Of a stretch of 59,799 nt of DNA, positions 1 to 8,308 are shown one piece after another. Source of the stretch: a virus (taxonomy: Duplodnaviria; Caudoviricetes); IMG/VR virus record IMGVR_UViG_3300025687_000048, positions 1 to 59,799 of that record; one strand, given 5' to 3'. Under the pieces are notes generated by a model, which had not been told where the DNA came from, searched no databases, and saw only the letters and a list, made by a program, of their open reading frames with translations. Within the stretch, counting starts at the first letter, position 1, and the number at the start of each line of letters is the position of its first letter. The position numbers and the translations under genes are program-made.

Positions 1-2
1 AG

Positions 3-482
3 GGCGAGGCGTGCGGCATGACCTGGGAGAACCTCGATGGCGAGGGCTACGAGGTGACGCACCAGATGGTCCGCAACGGCTCCCTCGAGGCTCCGAAGGA
101 CGATTCCCACGGCTACGTGGTCCTCTCGCCCCGGACCCTTGAGGCCATCGAAACGTACCACGTCACCTGGAAGCAGGAGAACTGGGTTCCTCACCACCCG
201 AAGAAGGGGCTGATCTGGCTGCACGAAGGCGACAGGCCGGTGATGCACTGGGTCGCCCTCCAGCGGCACAACAAGGCCCTGAAGGCGGCGAAGCTGGCTC
301 CGCGGCGATTCCACGACCTGCGGCACACCACCGCCTCGCTCATGGCCAACGACGGCGCGACGAGCCTGCAAGTCTCCCGGCAGCTGCGGCACTCGGACCC
401 GTCCATCACGCAGAAGGTCTACTCGCACCTGTTCGAGGAGCAGAGGCGGGGGGGGCTGCGATTGGATAACAGGATCGGATAA
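3..482 (+). CDS. int: Tyrosine integrase, C-terminal part (truncated by window edge)
   Basis: FHDLRH...LRH...VYSH catalytic motifs; two aa differences from the copy at 56365-57489. Confidence 0.93.
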   Translation, partial: GEACGMTWENLDGEGYEVTHQMVRNGSLEAPKDDSHGYVVLSPRTLEAIETYHVTWKQENWVPHHPKKGLIWLHEGDRPVMHWVALQRHNKALKAAKLAPRRFHDLRHTTASLMANDGATSLQVSRQLRHSDPSITQKVYSHLFEEQRRGGLRLDNRIG

Positions 483-673
483 CGGTTGGATAACAACGAA
501 CCCAGAGCGAGCAGCCAGAGCCGGGAGAATCCCACTCCTGTAGAGCCCCTATGATCCGAGGTGAACCGTCACGTCCTACATCATGCAGATTTGCAGGTGT
601 TCACTACTACCCCCATAGGGCTGCAACAACTTATGGCGATGACACCTGCACATCAGATAACGGTTGGATAACA
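462..673. promoter_or_regulatory. attP-like region with arm-type repeats
   Basis: RGATAAC at 464, 477, 488, 655 and 666; exact gataacggttggataaca at 478 and 656; directly downstream of int. Confidence 0.7.
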
Positions 674-730
674 GCGGCGGCGGATTGCTCAATGCCCGGA
701 GTAGAAATACTCAATCACGATCGGTCAGCG

Positions 731-871
731 ATGCCCCGGTGGTTCATTCTCACCCTCTGGGTGACCTGTGTTGTGATCTGGCCCTGGCCCCCGCTGTGGC
801 TGGGGGCGCTGCTGATGATGCAGCTGGGTCGGTGGTGCATCTCGCTCCTCCTCTGGTGGGAGGAACTGTAG
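731..871 (+). CDS. Small hydrophobic membrane protein (46 aa)
   Basis: MPRWFILTLWVTCVVIWPWPPLWLGALLMM; absent from copy B. Confidence 0.4.
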   Translation: MPRWFILTLWVTCVVIWPWPPLWLGALLMMQLGRWCISLLLWWEEL

Positions 872-1195
872 CTACGCCACCTTGATTTCGTCGATCTCTT
901 CCTGAGACATCGGTGTTGCTTCCAGAATCATCTCCCAGTTGCGGGCGTAGCCTGCGATGTCAACGAGGCTATCGAGGTGGTCGGGCGTGTTGGCGAGGCG
1001 GGATAGCTTCTGGATGATGTTGAAGGCGCACACGTCGATGGCGTCGAAGTCTGTCTCTCCAAAGGGCGCGCCGTACCTGCGCTGACGCCACTGGCGGAAC
1101 ATCTCGGCGGTCGTGCCGTGGTTCGCTGCCGGGTGGCCGTAGTCTCGGGCGCGGGCTCCATCGACGGCTTCCTGCGCGTCGGTCAGGATGGACAT
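872..1195 (-). CDS. DUF6378-like phage protein
   Basis: MSILTDAQEAVDGARARDYGHP...KLSR...DSLVDIAGYA pattern. Confidence 0.75.
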   Translation of the reverse strand: MSILTDAQEAVDGARARDYGHPAANHGTTAEMFRQWRQRRYGAPFGETDFDAIDVCAFNIIQKLSRLANTPDHLDSLVDIAGYARNWEMILEATPMSQEEIDEIKVA

Positions 1196-1494
1196 GGGAT
1201 GTCTCCGATGCTGTAGTAGACAGGGATTCCGATGTGTTCGGCGCGGGCCACCTCTCGGTCTGCGCCGCTTGACTGCCCCGGCAGGCGCAGCACGGCGTCT
1301 GCCACCTCCACCCATGCAAGGTCGATCCGCAACCAATCCTCGTAGGGGCGCGGGTAGGCGAGATCCTGAAACAGCGTCCAGTGCGGGCACAGGGGCGCAT
1401 GGCCCATGTCCATGAGCGCGGCGGTGGCCTGCATGGCTGTGCGCGTTCCGGCGACGGGATCGCTGCTGTAGGGGCCGCTGACGTAGATCCTCAC
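1183..1494 (-). CDS. Nucleoside 2-deoxyribosyltransferase-like protein (DUF4406/DUF1937 type)
   Basis: RIYVSGPY...PH...DAVLRLPGQSSGADRE; GTG start overlaps the upstream stop. Confidence 0.75.
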   Translation of the reverse strand: MRIYVSGPYSSDPVAGTRTAMQATAALMDMGHAPLCPHWTLFQDLAYPRPYEDWLRIDLAWVEVADAVLRLPGQSSGADREVARAEHIGIPVYYSIGDIPCPS

Positions 1495-1715
1495 AGGTCC
1501 GGCTCCTCTTCTTCTTCCTCCACCTCTTCTTCGACCCACTCCAGATCGTTCAGCCCGGCGATCACTTCCCGGGTTACGCCCTCTCCTGCTTCGGCACAGA
1601 GAGCGATACACACCGCCGCGATCTCCTCGGGCGAGCTCTGGCCGATCTCCTGAAGCACCGCTTCCAGATCAATGGTGCTGACGATACGGAGCGTGCGGGT
1701 CGTGACGACGCTCAC
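1491..1715 (-). CDS. Small acidic protein (74 aa)
   Basis: Coupled to the phosphoesterase stop; poly-Glu tail; conserved in copy B (58069-58302). Confidence 0.8.
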   Translation of the reverse strand: MSVVTTRTLRIVSTIDLEAVLQEIGQSSPEEIAAVCIALCAEAGEGVTREVIAGLNDLEWVEEEVEEEEEEPDL

Positions 1716-3187
1716 GCCGCCTCCCCGTAGTTCCAGTGCTTCCGCAGATCCTCGGCCATGCGCTCGGTGTAGTCCTGCCCCTCGAGGATGCTCCCGTGCA
1801 GCACGCAGCGCCCGTCCTGAATGTGGACGGTGTCGATGGAGCGGAAGGGGCTGTCGGGATCGTAGTAGATGACGCCGACGCCGTTCTGCCAATTGTGCGT
1901 CGGAGAGTTGCCCGGGATGGGACCGGGGATCAGCACACCGCACCCGAAGGACGCCGCGGTGTAGTAGGCCGGACCGTCGAACTCATGGGACGTGCGGGTG
2001 GCGCTCTCCACCCGGTGGATGTGCCCGTAGCCCTCCGAGTGCGCCTTGCCCTCCGCGAGCGTCTTGCCGGTCGTGCTGCCGCTCTTGGCCCCGACCTCGT
2101 TGCCGTGCCGCAGAGCCAGCCACCGATTCAGCCACACCTTGCCTTTCGGGTAGTCCTCATGCTCGGTGATCTTGAGCCGGTGCAGGCCGAGAAGGTTGGT
2201 CAGGCTCAGCACCTCCGGCGCGTCGGGCGGCTGGTTGGCCGGGCGGATCTTGTAGAGGCTCATCGTGTGGGAGATGACGGCCTTGCGGATGCGATCGTCG
2301 TGGTTGCCCGGCAGAAAGTCGATCTCTGCCTCGGGCGCAGCTGCGCGGATCTGGCTGAGAATCCACCCCGCCTCATAGAGCGTCGGCTGGAAGGTGTGAT
2401 AGAACTCCGGCGAGCAGAGGTACTTGTCGCTGAAGTCGGGCAGATCCAGAAGGTCGCCCAGGATGACCACCCGATGCGGGCGCACCTGGCGGATCGTCTG
2501 TAGGTAGACATCCACCACCCGCCTGTCGTGGAACGGGCTGTGCGCGCCTGACCCGAAGTCTCGAGCGAACCCTACATGGATGTCGGGGACGACGACGCAC
2601 CGCCGCATCCCCTCGGCTTCCAGGGGCTTCGTCTTGTGGGGCTTGACGTTGATGTGCGCCGGCTGGAGAGGTGGGATCTCCGTGACGATCGCACGGGCCA
2701 CCTTGCGGACGAGCTTCGCCTTGACTTGATACAGCGGCATGGCGACGAGTTGCTGCGAGTCGCTGTCGCCCACCTTCGCGCCGACCTCCCAGACGTTGGC
2801 TGTCCACGACTCAACGTGCCACTCCTCCGGGTCGATGTTGCAGGCTTGCAGAAGATCATCGAGGCTGCGCGGCTCTCGGTCGATGACGGTCGCCAGCTGC
2901 GCGGTGTTGCCGTCCTCGCTGTAGCTACGCTCCGGCTGCGGGCCGGGCTTGCTGGTGGGGGTCGTCTGATCGGGCCGGTTTGCGCCGGGCTTCCTTGGCG
3001 GGACCAGGGGCTTGCCCGATTCGTCGTAGGTCCGGCGCAGCATCTTCAGGCACGATCCGACCGTGCCCTTCTTGATGCCGGTGTCCTTGGCGATGTCCGA
3101 CTGACCCCACTCCTGACCCTTCGCCATTCCTTTCCAGTAGGAGTCGAAGACGGCTCTCTGATTGGGCGTCAGGTCGTCGAGGATCAT
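1712..3187 (-). CDS. Calcineurin-like metallophosphoesterase with N-terminal HTH
   Basis: DIH, GDLLD, GNHD, RHG and GHIH motifs; N-terminal QSDIAKDTGIKKGTV HTH. Confidence 0.88.
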   Translation of the reverse strand: MILDDLTPNQRAVFDSYWKGMAKGQEWGQSDIAKDTGIKKGTVGSCLKMLRRTYDESGKPLVPPRKPGANRPDQTTPTSKPGPQPERSYSEDGNTAQLATVIDREPRSLDDLLQACNIDPEEWHVESWTANVWEVGAKVGDSDSQQLVAMPLYQVKAKLVRKVARAIVTEIPPLQPAHINVKPHKTKPLEAEGMRRCVVVPDIHVGFARDFGSGAHSPFHDRRVVDVYLQTIRQVRPHRVVILGDLLDLPDFSDKYLCSPEFYHTFQPTLYEAGWILSQIRAAAPEAEIDFLPGNHDDRIRKAVISHTMSLYKIRPANQPPDAPEVLSLTNLLGLHRLKITEHEDYPKGKVWLNRWLALRHGNEVGAKSGSTTGKTLAEGKAHSEGYGHIHRVESATRTSHEFDGPAYYTAASFGCGVLIPGPIPGNSPTHNWQNGVGVIYYDPDSPFRSIDTVHIQDGRCVLHGSILEGQDYTERMAEDLRKHWNYGEAA

Positions 3188-3208
3188 GCAGGCCCCCCTA
3201 CGCGACGA

Positions 3209-3421
3209 TCATTTCGTGAGTAGGCCCCCGACAATGGCGATGGCCGTGCCGGCGATGGTCCCTCCGAGAGTGCCGTAAAGCGCCAACTTCACCTCGGCGG
3301 CTGTGAAGCGCATCTTCAGCTCCGTCAGTTCTTGGCGAACCGCCACAAGTTCCGCGTTCAGGCGTTCCAGTTCTTTCAGCACGTGGCGGCTCCACTCGTT
3401 CCAGCCATTCGGCTCGTTCAT
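3209..3421 (-). CDS. Coiled-coil + C-terminal TM protein (70 aa), holin/XhlA-like architecture
   Basis: MNEPNGWNEWSRHVLKELERL...LYGTLGGTIAGTAIAIVGGLL; ATGA overlap with the PAS gene. Confidence 0.65.
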   Translation of the reverse strand: MNEPNGWNEWSRHVLKELERLNAELVAVRQELTELKMRFTAAEVKLALYGTLGGTIAGTAIAIVGGLLTK

Positions 3422-3849
3422 CGGGGCCTCGTCCCCATGATCTTCAGCCCCTCTTGTGGCGAGTCCTGTATGAGACACACAGCGATGGGGTCGTGCCCCG
3501 CGATGTCTACCCGCTCGGCGTTGAGGTAGATCCACAGATACTCCCCGTCTGCCTTCCGGTATCGCTTGCGGATCTGGTAGTAGAAGAACTCCCCCGCAGC
3601 GAGCCTTTCAGCATACTCCATGTCCAACGCGAGGTCGTCGGGGTGCGTGAGGTTCATCCACCCCACCGCCCGCAACTCGTCCTCGCTGAAGCCCAACAGA
3701 TCCTCAAGCGCCCGATTCGCCAGAACGATGTTCCCGTCGAACGTAGAGATCAGTTTCGGGAACTGGCTCAACTCGTAACTCGCCCACAGCACGTCAGACG
3801 GGCGCATCCCGAGTTCTTCGGTCAGTTGGCGAAGGGCGGTCAGTGGCAT
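3418..3849 (-). CDS. Stand-alone PAS/PAC domain protein
   Basis: DGNIVLANRALEDLLGFSEDEL...LTHPDD...KRYRKADGEYLWI, a classic PAS+PAC pattern. Confidence 0.88.
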   Translation of the reverse strand: MPLTALRQLTEELGMRPSDVLWASYELSQFPKLISTFDGNIVLANRALEDLLGFSEDELRAVGWMNLTHPDDLALDMEYAERLAAGEFFYYQIRKRYRKADGEYLWIYLNAERVDIAGHDPIAVCLIQDSPQEGLKIMGTRPR

Positions 3850-3882
3850 CTCAGCGGCAGTCCATCGCAGGGTAGACGGCCA

Positions 3883-4290
3883 TCAGTCTATCACCGCATC
3901 CAGCGCATCGGCCACGCGCCGCAGTCGCGTCCGATGCACCGCGTAGGTCGCTCCGCTGATCTTCACCATCGGGACGTTGGCCTCCTTCACGGCCACCAGT
4001 GCCTCTCGCCAGACCAGCTTCATCGAATCGCTGGCCGCACCATAGGGAACACTGAGGCGCACGTAGAGAGAGTCAGCGGGGTGAACCGAGAGCGTCACGC
4101 CAGCCGCCGCGAGGTCGGGATACTCCGACGCCATGACCGTCATGTAGGTCTGCACGTTGACGACCGAGCCGAGCGAGTCAGCCAGCGTGCGGAGACTGTC
4201 AATCTGCGACCGAACCGCGTCGAGTTGCTGCTGTGCCGTCTGCGCCGACAGAGGCATCGCCAGCGCGAAAATGAGAATGAGGTTACGCAT
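3883..4290 (-). CDS. Signal-peptide protein downstream of tail fibre (135 aa)
   Basis: MRNLILIFALAMPLSA|Q signal; GGAGG RBS. Confidence 0.75.
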   Translation of the reverse strand: MRNLILIFALAMPLSAQTAQQQLDAVRSQIDSLRTLADSLGSVVNVQTYMTVMASEYPDLAAAGVTLSVHPADSLYVRLSVPYGAASDSMKLVWREALVAVKEANVPMVKISGATYAVHRTRLRRVADALDAVID

Positions 4291-4303
4291 GGATGATCCT
4301 CCG

Positions 4304-7300
4304 TTAGAACGCAGTGCTGTTGTTGCTGGTGGCCTGTCCGGTGCCCGAGTTGTCGGTCGGCGCTCCGTCGAAGCGGTTGGCGTTATAGAGCACGTTCTCA
4401 CAGTTGGTGTCGATCAGCAATGGCCCGTTGGTGGGGTCTTTCACCGTGTTGCCGACGACCAGTGAATTGTCAGCCAGCCCGTCGAGATACATGGAGTAGC
4501 TGCCCGTCCCGTAGAACACATTTCCGAGGAAGTTGTTGGCAAATCCGTTCGTGTAGATACCGTAGACATCTGTGTCGTAGAACTTGCTGTTGCGGACCTG
4601 CACGTAGTTGCCGTTTTCGGCAATGAAGATGCCCTGATTGTCGCACCCGTAAACACTAATGTTGTCGATCTGCGTGAGGTAGCCGTTGGCCTGAATGTGG
4701 ATTCCGTTGTTCTGCTGCCCGCCGCCCGGTGTCGTGCGAACCACCAAATCGCGGATGGTCGCCGCTTGGCCCGTAGAGAGGTCAATGGCATGATCTGTGG
4801 TGCCTCCGTCGATCAGCGTGTAGGGGCGGGTGTGGTCGGTCCAGTTCGATCCCGACCCTCGGATGTTCATGTAGTCCACGGTGACATCGAAGGGCAGATA
4901 CGTGCCCGGCATGATGTGGACGCTGTTCACATTCGCGTTGCCGCCCGCGTCGATGGCGTCCTCGACATGCCAGAACAGCCCGTTTGCGCCAGTCGAATCG
5001 ACCACCACCTCTGCGCCCACCATCGGCTGCACGAACGGATAGCGCCGATGCTGCGCGAGGTCCGCCACCTTCGGGTCGGGCTGCACAACTTGGAAGGCCG
5101 TCGAGTCCGCAATCGCCAATCCGAACGAATCAGCCATCGCCCAGATGGCGACATCGCGGATCTTGGCACCCGGCGCGGGATAGACGCTGTGCGGAATCAG
5201 GTGCACGCCAACCTTGGCCCACACCTTTACACTGTCGGCGTCTGCCGTGGCGACCCAGTTTCCCCCGCCGGGGATCGTGGCGACGGCGACGACGTTGGAA
5301 TCGGGGAGCGTGGGATCGGACAGGGGGGCGTTCATGGAAGCGACGAAGGCCCTGTGCCGCTCCTTGGCGTCCTCTGCCGACCATTTCGACTTCTGCACGG
5401 TTAGCATGGCAAGCTGGCCGTCAAAGTGAAATCCAGCCGCGAGGTTGGTCGCACCGACATACGCCGTGTCGGCTTCCACTTGGTTTGTGCTGGCTGCGCT
5501 CACGTCGCTGGCGTGCAGTTCCCCATCGACATAAAGGTAGACCGCCCCGATGTCACGGTCGGCCACCATCACGTAGTCGTGCCACGCACCGTCATAGAGA
5601 TCCGTCGCACCCGCCGCGATGTCGGACGACTGAGCCGCGTCATCGACAAAAGCGTTCATGTGGCCGTCGCTGTCGAAGTAGGCACCCCATGAGTCCGCTG
5701 TGCCGTTGTCCGGCATATAGACGATCCACTGATTGCCTGACGGATTCGTCGCGGATGCAGACTTGGCAGAGAAGGCCAGCGTAACACTGTTCCCGCTGGT
5801 CGAGCCACCCATCGTGAAGCCGTCAACTTCAGTGGCCCACATTAACGAGCCCACGGTCGAACTGTAGGCGTTGGAGAACGGGATGCTGACCTGTCCGCGT
5901 AGGAAGCCGGGACTACCGACAGTCGTCAGGTCATTGCCGTAGACAGAGGCATCTACTGTGTCGTAAAGAGCCCACGCGCCGTGTGTGTCACCTTTCTCTG
6001 CCGGTCCCTGATAGTCGTCGTGGAAACGCACTTTGATCCCGTCGGTGTTGACGGACGGCTTCGTCTGCATGCCGTAGAGCCCATAATCCGACGCCAGAAG
6101 GATGTAGGGCGCGTTCTCAATGGAGCCGTGTTCGATGGCGGCGATGTCGGAATAGACCGCCGCGTCGGGCCACGCGAGGTCCTCTGATCCGCTTCCACCG
6201 TTGTAGATCGCCTCGTTGTTTTGCCAGCCGTCTGCGGTTACAGAGAAGATGCTGCGCCTATAGACAGCAACGTCGTCGGATGTGCCATCTCCTATAGCAA
6301 ACCACCCTCCCCCCGGTAGAAGCAGGGAGCCGTTCTCGTCAGCATCTCCACTCCAGATGTTGGCATCGTAGATGGCGTTAGCATGGGGATTGAACGTGCT
6401 GCTATGATTCTCCGTCGATACGTGCCACCACTGTGCCGGCCAATCCCCGTCCTTCAGCCCGAACGGATCGCGGATCGCGGAAACGGCGTTAATATCGTCG
6501 TCGATGGTCCCGATGTTGGTGACTGCGTAGACGCCAACCCCGTTGTTGCGCCCAGCGATGTCATCTTTGAACCGCTGAATCGTCGTCGTGTAAACCAAGT
6601 CGATTACGTCGCTGCGGTAGTCTGCAATCGTCAGGCCCCAACCGCCCGGCTGGCCCATATACAGCTTGCCGTCCAGCCGCCAGACGCTCCCCACTGCGTC
6701 ACCGACAGCCGCCCTATTGTCGTTGGTTGTGCCAGCGACCTTGTAGACCTGCCACGGCGTCGTCATCGTGCGGCGATCCCACACCGCAACGGTGTCCTGC
6801 CCCTCGCTGATCGTCACGCACCACTCGTCGGGCCAGTAGCCGTCCGATGCGACGTAGCTGTTGTCGGCCTGTTCGGCGCGAAATAGGTCGAGATCCCACA
6901 TCCAGTAGGGGTTATAGTCGCTGCCGCAGATGACCTTTCTCGCGCTGTAGGTCGTCTTAGTGCAGTCGGGGTAGGAGATATTGGTGGAGAGGGTGGTGCC
7001 CGTCGGCAATCCGGTGATCGCTGATCCATCGCCGGCCAGGGCGCCCGCCGTCAGTGTGCCGCTGACCGTTGCGGGGCCGATCACCGTCAGACTGTCGGTG
7101 TTCAGCGTGTCGACCGAGGCGTATTCGAGGTCGGTCTGCTGACCGGCAGGCTGCGTCAGGTGCCCGTTGACAGAGGCCGTCGATCCTACAGAGAACGCAC
7201 CAGAGACAGTGGCGTCACCGATGACTGTGAGACTGTCGGTGGACAGGGTGTCGACCGAGGCGTATTCGAGGTCAGTCTGCGCCCCCGCTGGCTGCGTGAC

Positions 7301-7900
7301 CTGTCCGTTGAACGTCGCCGTCGAGCCGACCGAGAAGGCTCCGGTCACCGTCCCATCGCCGGCTACGGTCATCGAGTCGGCGCGGACGGTGTCCATATCC
7401 GCGATACCGTGGATCGTCAATGTGGCACCGGGAAGGAACGTCGCCGGGCCACCCACCGTGAGGCTGTCGGTGTTGAAGGTGTCCGTGTTGGCGTACGAGT
7501 AGAACGCCCGCTTGCCAGCACTCACACCTGTCACGAAGCCGACGATCGGTGTTCCCCCGAGGTAGAGAGAGTCGACGTTGGCTCGCCCGATGTTGGCTAT
7601 GTGAAACTCGAGAGAGTCCTCCGCGGCCAGGGACGCGATCTTGTGTTTCGTGATGATCTGGCCGATGGATCGAGAGACGAGTGTGTCGTGAGCTCCGAAC
7701 ACCGTCTTCGTCGAGTCGCCCGGATGGAGCGCGATGAGATTGTTGACCCACCCAACCGTCTCAGATCGGTCGGCGTTGTAGTCGCTGGCGGTGAAGAGTT
7801 CTCCGGCAGAGTAGCTCTTCCGCGCACTGACAGACGACAGGGCCGACAGGCCCGTGGTTGTGGCGAGTAGGACTGAGAGGGCGAGTAGGTAGCGTCTCAT
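4304..7900 (-). CDS. Tail fibre/spike (1198 aa): signal peptide, beta repeats, LamG-like domain, C-terminal parallel beta-helix
   Basis: GAGGAG RBS before MRRYLLALSVLL; DGAWHDYVMV...LYVDG LamG pattern; IMPGTY and GIxI repeats of pectin-lyase-like helix. Confidence 0.8.
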   Translation of the reverse strand: MRRYLLALSVLLATTTGLSALSSVSARKSYSAGELFTASDYNADRSETVGWVNNLIALHPGDSTKTVFGAHDTLVSRSIGQIITKHKIASLAAEDSLEFHIANIGRANVDSLYLGGTPIVGFVTGVSAGKRAFYSYANTDTFNTDSLTVGGPATFLPGATLTIHGIADMDTVRADSMTVAGDGTVTGAFSVGSTATFNGQVTQPAGAQTDLEYASVDTLSTDSLTVIGDATVSGAFSVGSTASVNGHLTQPAGQQTDLEYASVDTLNTDSLTVIGPATVSGTLTAGALAGDGSAITGLPTGTTLSTNISYPDCTKTTYSARKVICGSDYNPYWMWDLDLFRAEQADNSYVASDGYWPDEWCVTISEGQDTVAVWDRRTMTTPWQVYKVAGTTNDNRAAVGDAVGSVWRLDGKLYMGQPGGWGLTIADYRSDVIDLVYTTTIQRFKDDIAGRNNGVGVYAVTNIGTIDDDINAVSAIRDPFGLKDGDWPAQWWHVSTENHSSTFNPHANAIYDANIWSGDADENGSLLLPGGGWFAIGDGTSDDVAVYRRSIFSVTADGWQNNEAIYNGGSGSEDLAWPDAAVYSDIAAIEHGSIENAPYILLASDYGLYGMQTKPSVNTDGIKVRFHDDYQGPAEKGDTHGAWALYDTVDASVYGNDLTTVGSPGFLRGQVSIPFSNAYSSTVGSLMWATEVDGFTMGGSTSGNSVTLAFSAKSASATNPSGNQWIVYMPDNGTADSWGAYFDSDGHMNAFVDDAAQSSDIAAGATDLYDGAWHDYVMVADRDIGAVYLYVDGELHASDVSAASTNQVEADTAYVGATNLAAGFHFDGQLAMLTVQKSKWSAEDAKERHRAFVASMNAPLSDPTLPDSNVVAVATIPGGGNWVATADADSVKVWAKVGVHLIPHSVYPAPGAKIRDVAIWAMADSFGLAIADSTAFQVVQPDPKVADLAQHRRYPFVQPMVGAEVVVDSTGANGLFWHVEDAIDAGGNANVNSVHIMPGTYLPFDVTVDYMNIRGSGSNWTDHTRPYTLIDGGTTDHAIDLSTGQAATIRDLVVRTTPGGGQQNNGIHIQANGYLTQIDNISVYGCDNQGIFIAENGNYVQVRNSKFYDTDVYGIYTNGFANNFLGNVFYGTGSYSMYLDGLADNSLVVGNTVKDPTNGPLLIDTNCENVLYNANRFDGAPTDNSGTGQATSNNSTAF
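7060..7490 (-). repeat. 47-aa (141-nt) tandem repeats in fibre shaft
   Basis: gtgtcgaccgaggcgtattcgaggtc at 7107 and 7248; TDLEYASVDTL.TDSLTVIG twice, plus degenerate copies. Confidence 0.9.
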
Positions 7901-7908
7901 GGCTCCTC

Positions 7909-8307
7909 TTACGTCAGCGTCGAGCGGATGTTGTCGCGGGTTTCCGCGAATCGTTTGACCACGTCCCGGATGGCCTTCGCTCCGCCGCCGAGAACGATGC
8001 CCGTAATCACCACGTCGACATCGACAACACCCTCCCCGATGGGAGAGACGTCGACCAGATCCTTCAGGTCGATGCCCAGTCCTTCGATCAGAGCCGTCAG
8101 GGAGAAGGAGTAGGCCACGAAGACACCGACGATCATGGCGATCCAGGGGCGGAACTCGAAGTGGGTGAACCACCGGGAACCGGCGCCGTCAGGCCCCCTC
8201 CCGAGGTAGTACTGATAGGCCCGAGTGCGGAAGATGACCTCCAGAGCGGCAGTCATCAGAGCAGAGACGAAAGCCAGCTGCGTGAAGGTGAGGACGACGT
8301 CGCCCAT
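7909..8307 (-). CDS. Putative holin (132 aa)
   Basis: 2-3 hydrophobic segments, ITGIVLGGGA motif, charged C-terminus; adjacent to the spanin-like gene. Confidence 0.65.
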   Translation of the reverse strand: MGDVVLTFTQLAFVSALMTAALEVIFRTRAYQYYLGRGPDGAGSRWFTHFEFRPWIAMIVGVFVAYSFSLTALIEGLGIDLKDLVDVSPIGEGVVDVDVVITGIVLGGGAKAIRDVVKRFAETRDNIRSTLT

Positions 8308-8308
8308 G

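Larger units (their letters stand above)
1..680 (+). repeat. Imperfect direct repeat, copy A (int 3' end + att region); copy B at ~57008-57685
   Basis: agggcgaggcgtgcggcatg occurs at 1 and 57008. Near-identical in int, with more substitutions in the att region. Confidence 0.95.

Noticed and set aside
462-673. GGATAAC repeats as a CRISPR array
   Set aside because: Too short and irregular, no spacers or cas genes; they fit integrase arm sites.
7060-7490. Repeats as DGR template/variable regions
   Set aside because: In-frame tandem protein repeats; no reverse transcriptase gene.
7901-8173. Upstream extension of the tail fibre (1289-aa call)
   Set aside because: Overlaps the holin and reads as Arg-rich junk; a strong RBS precedes the ATG at 7900.
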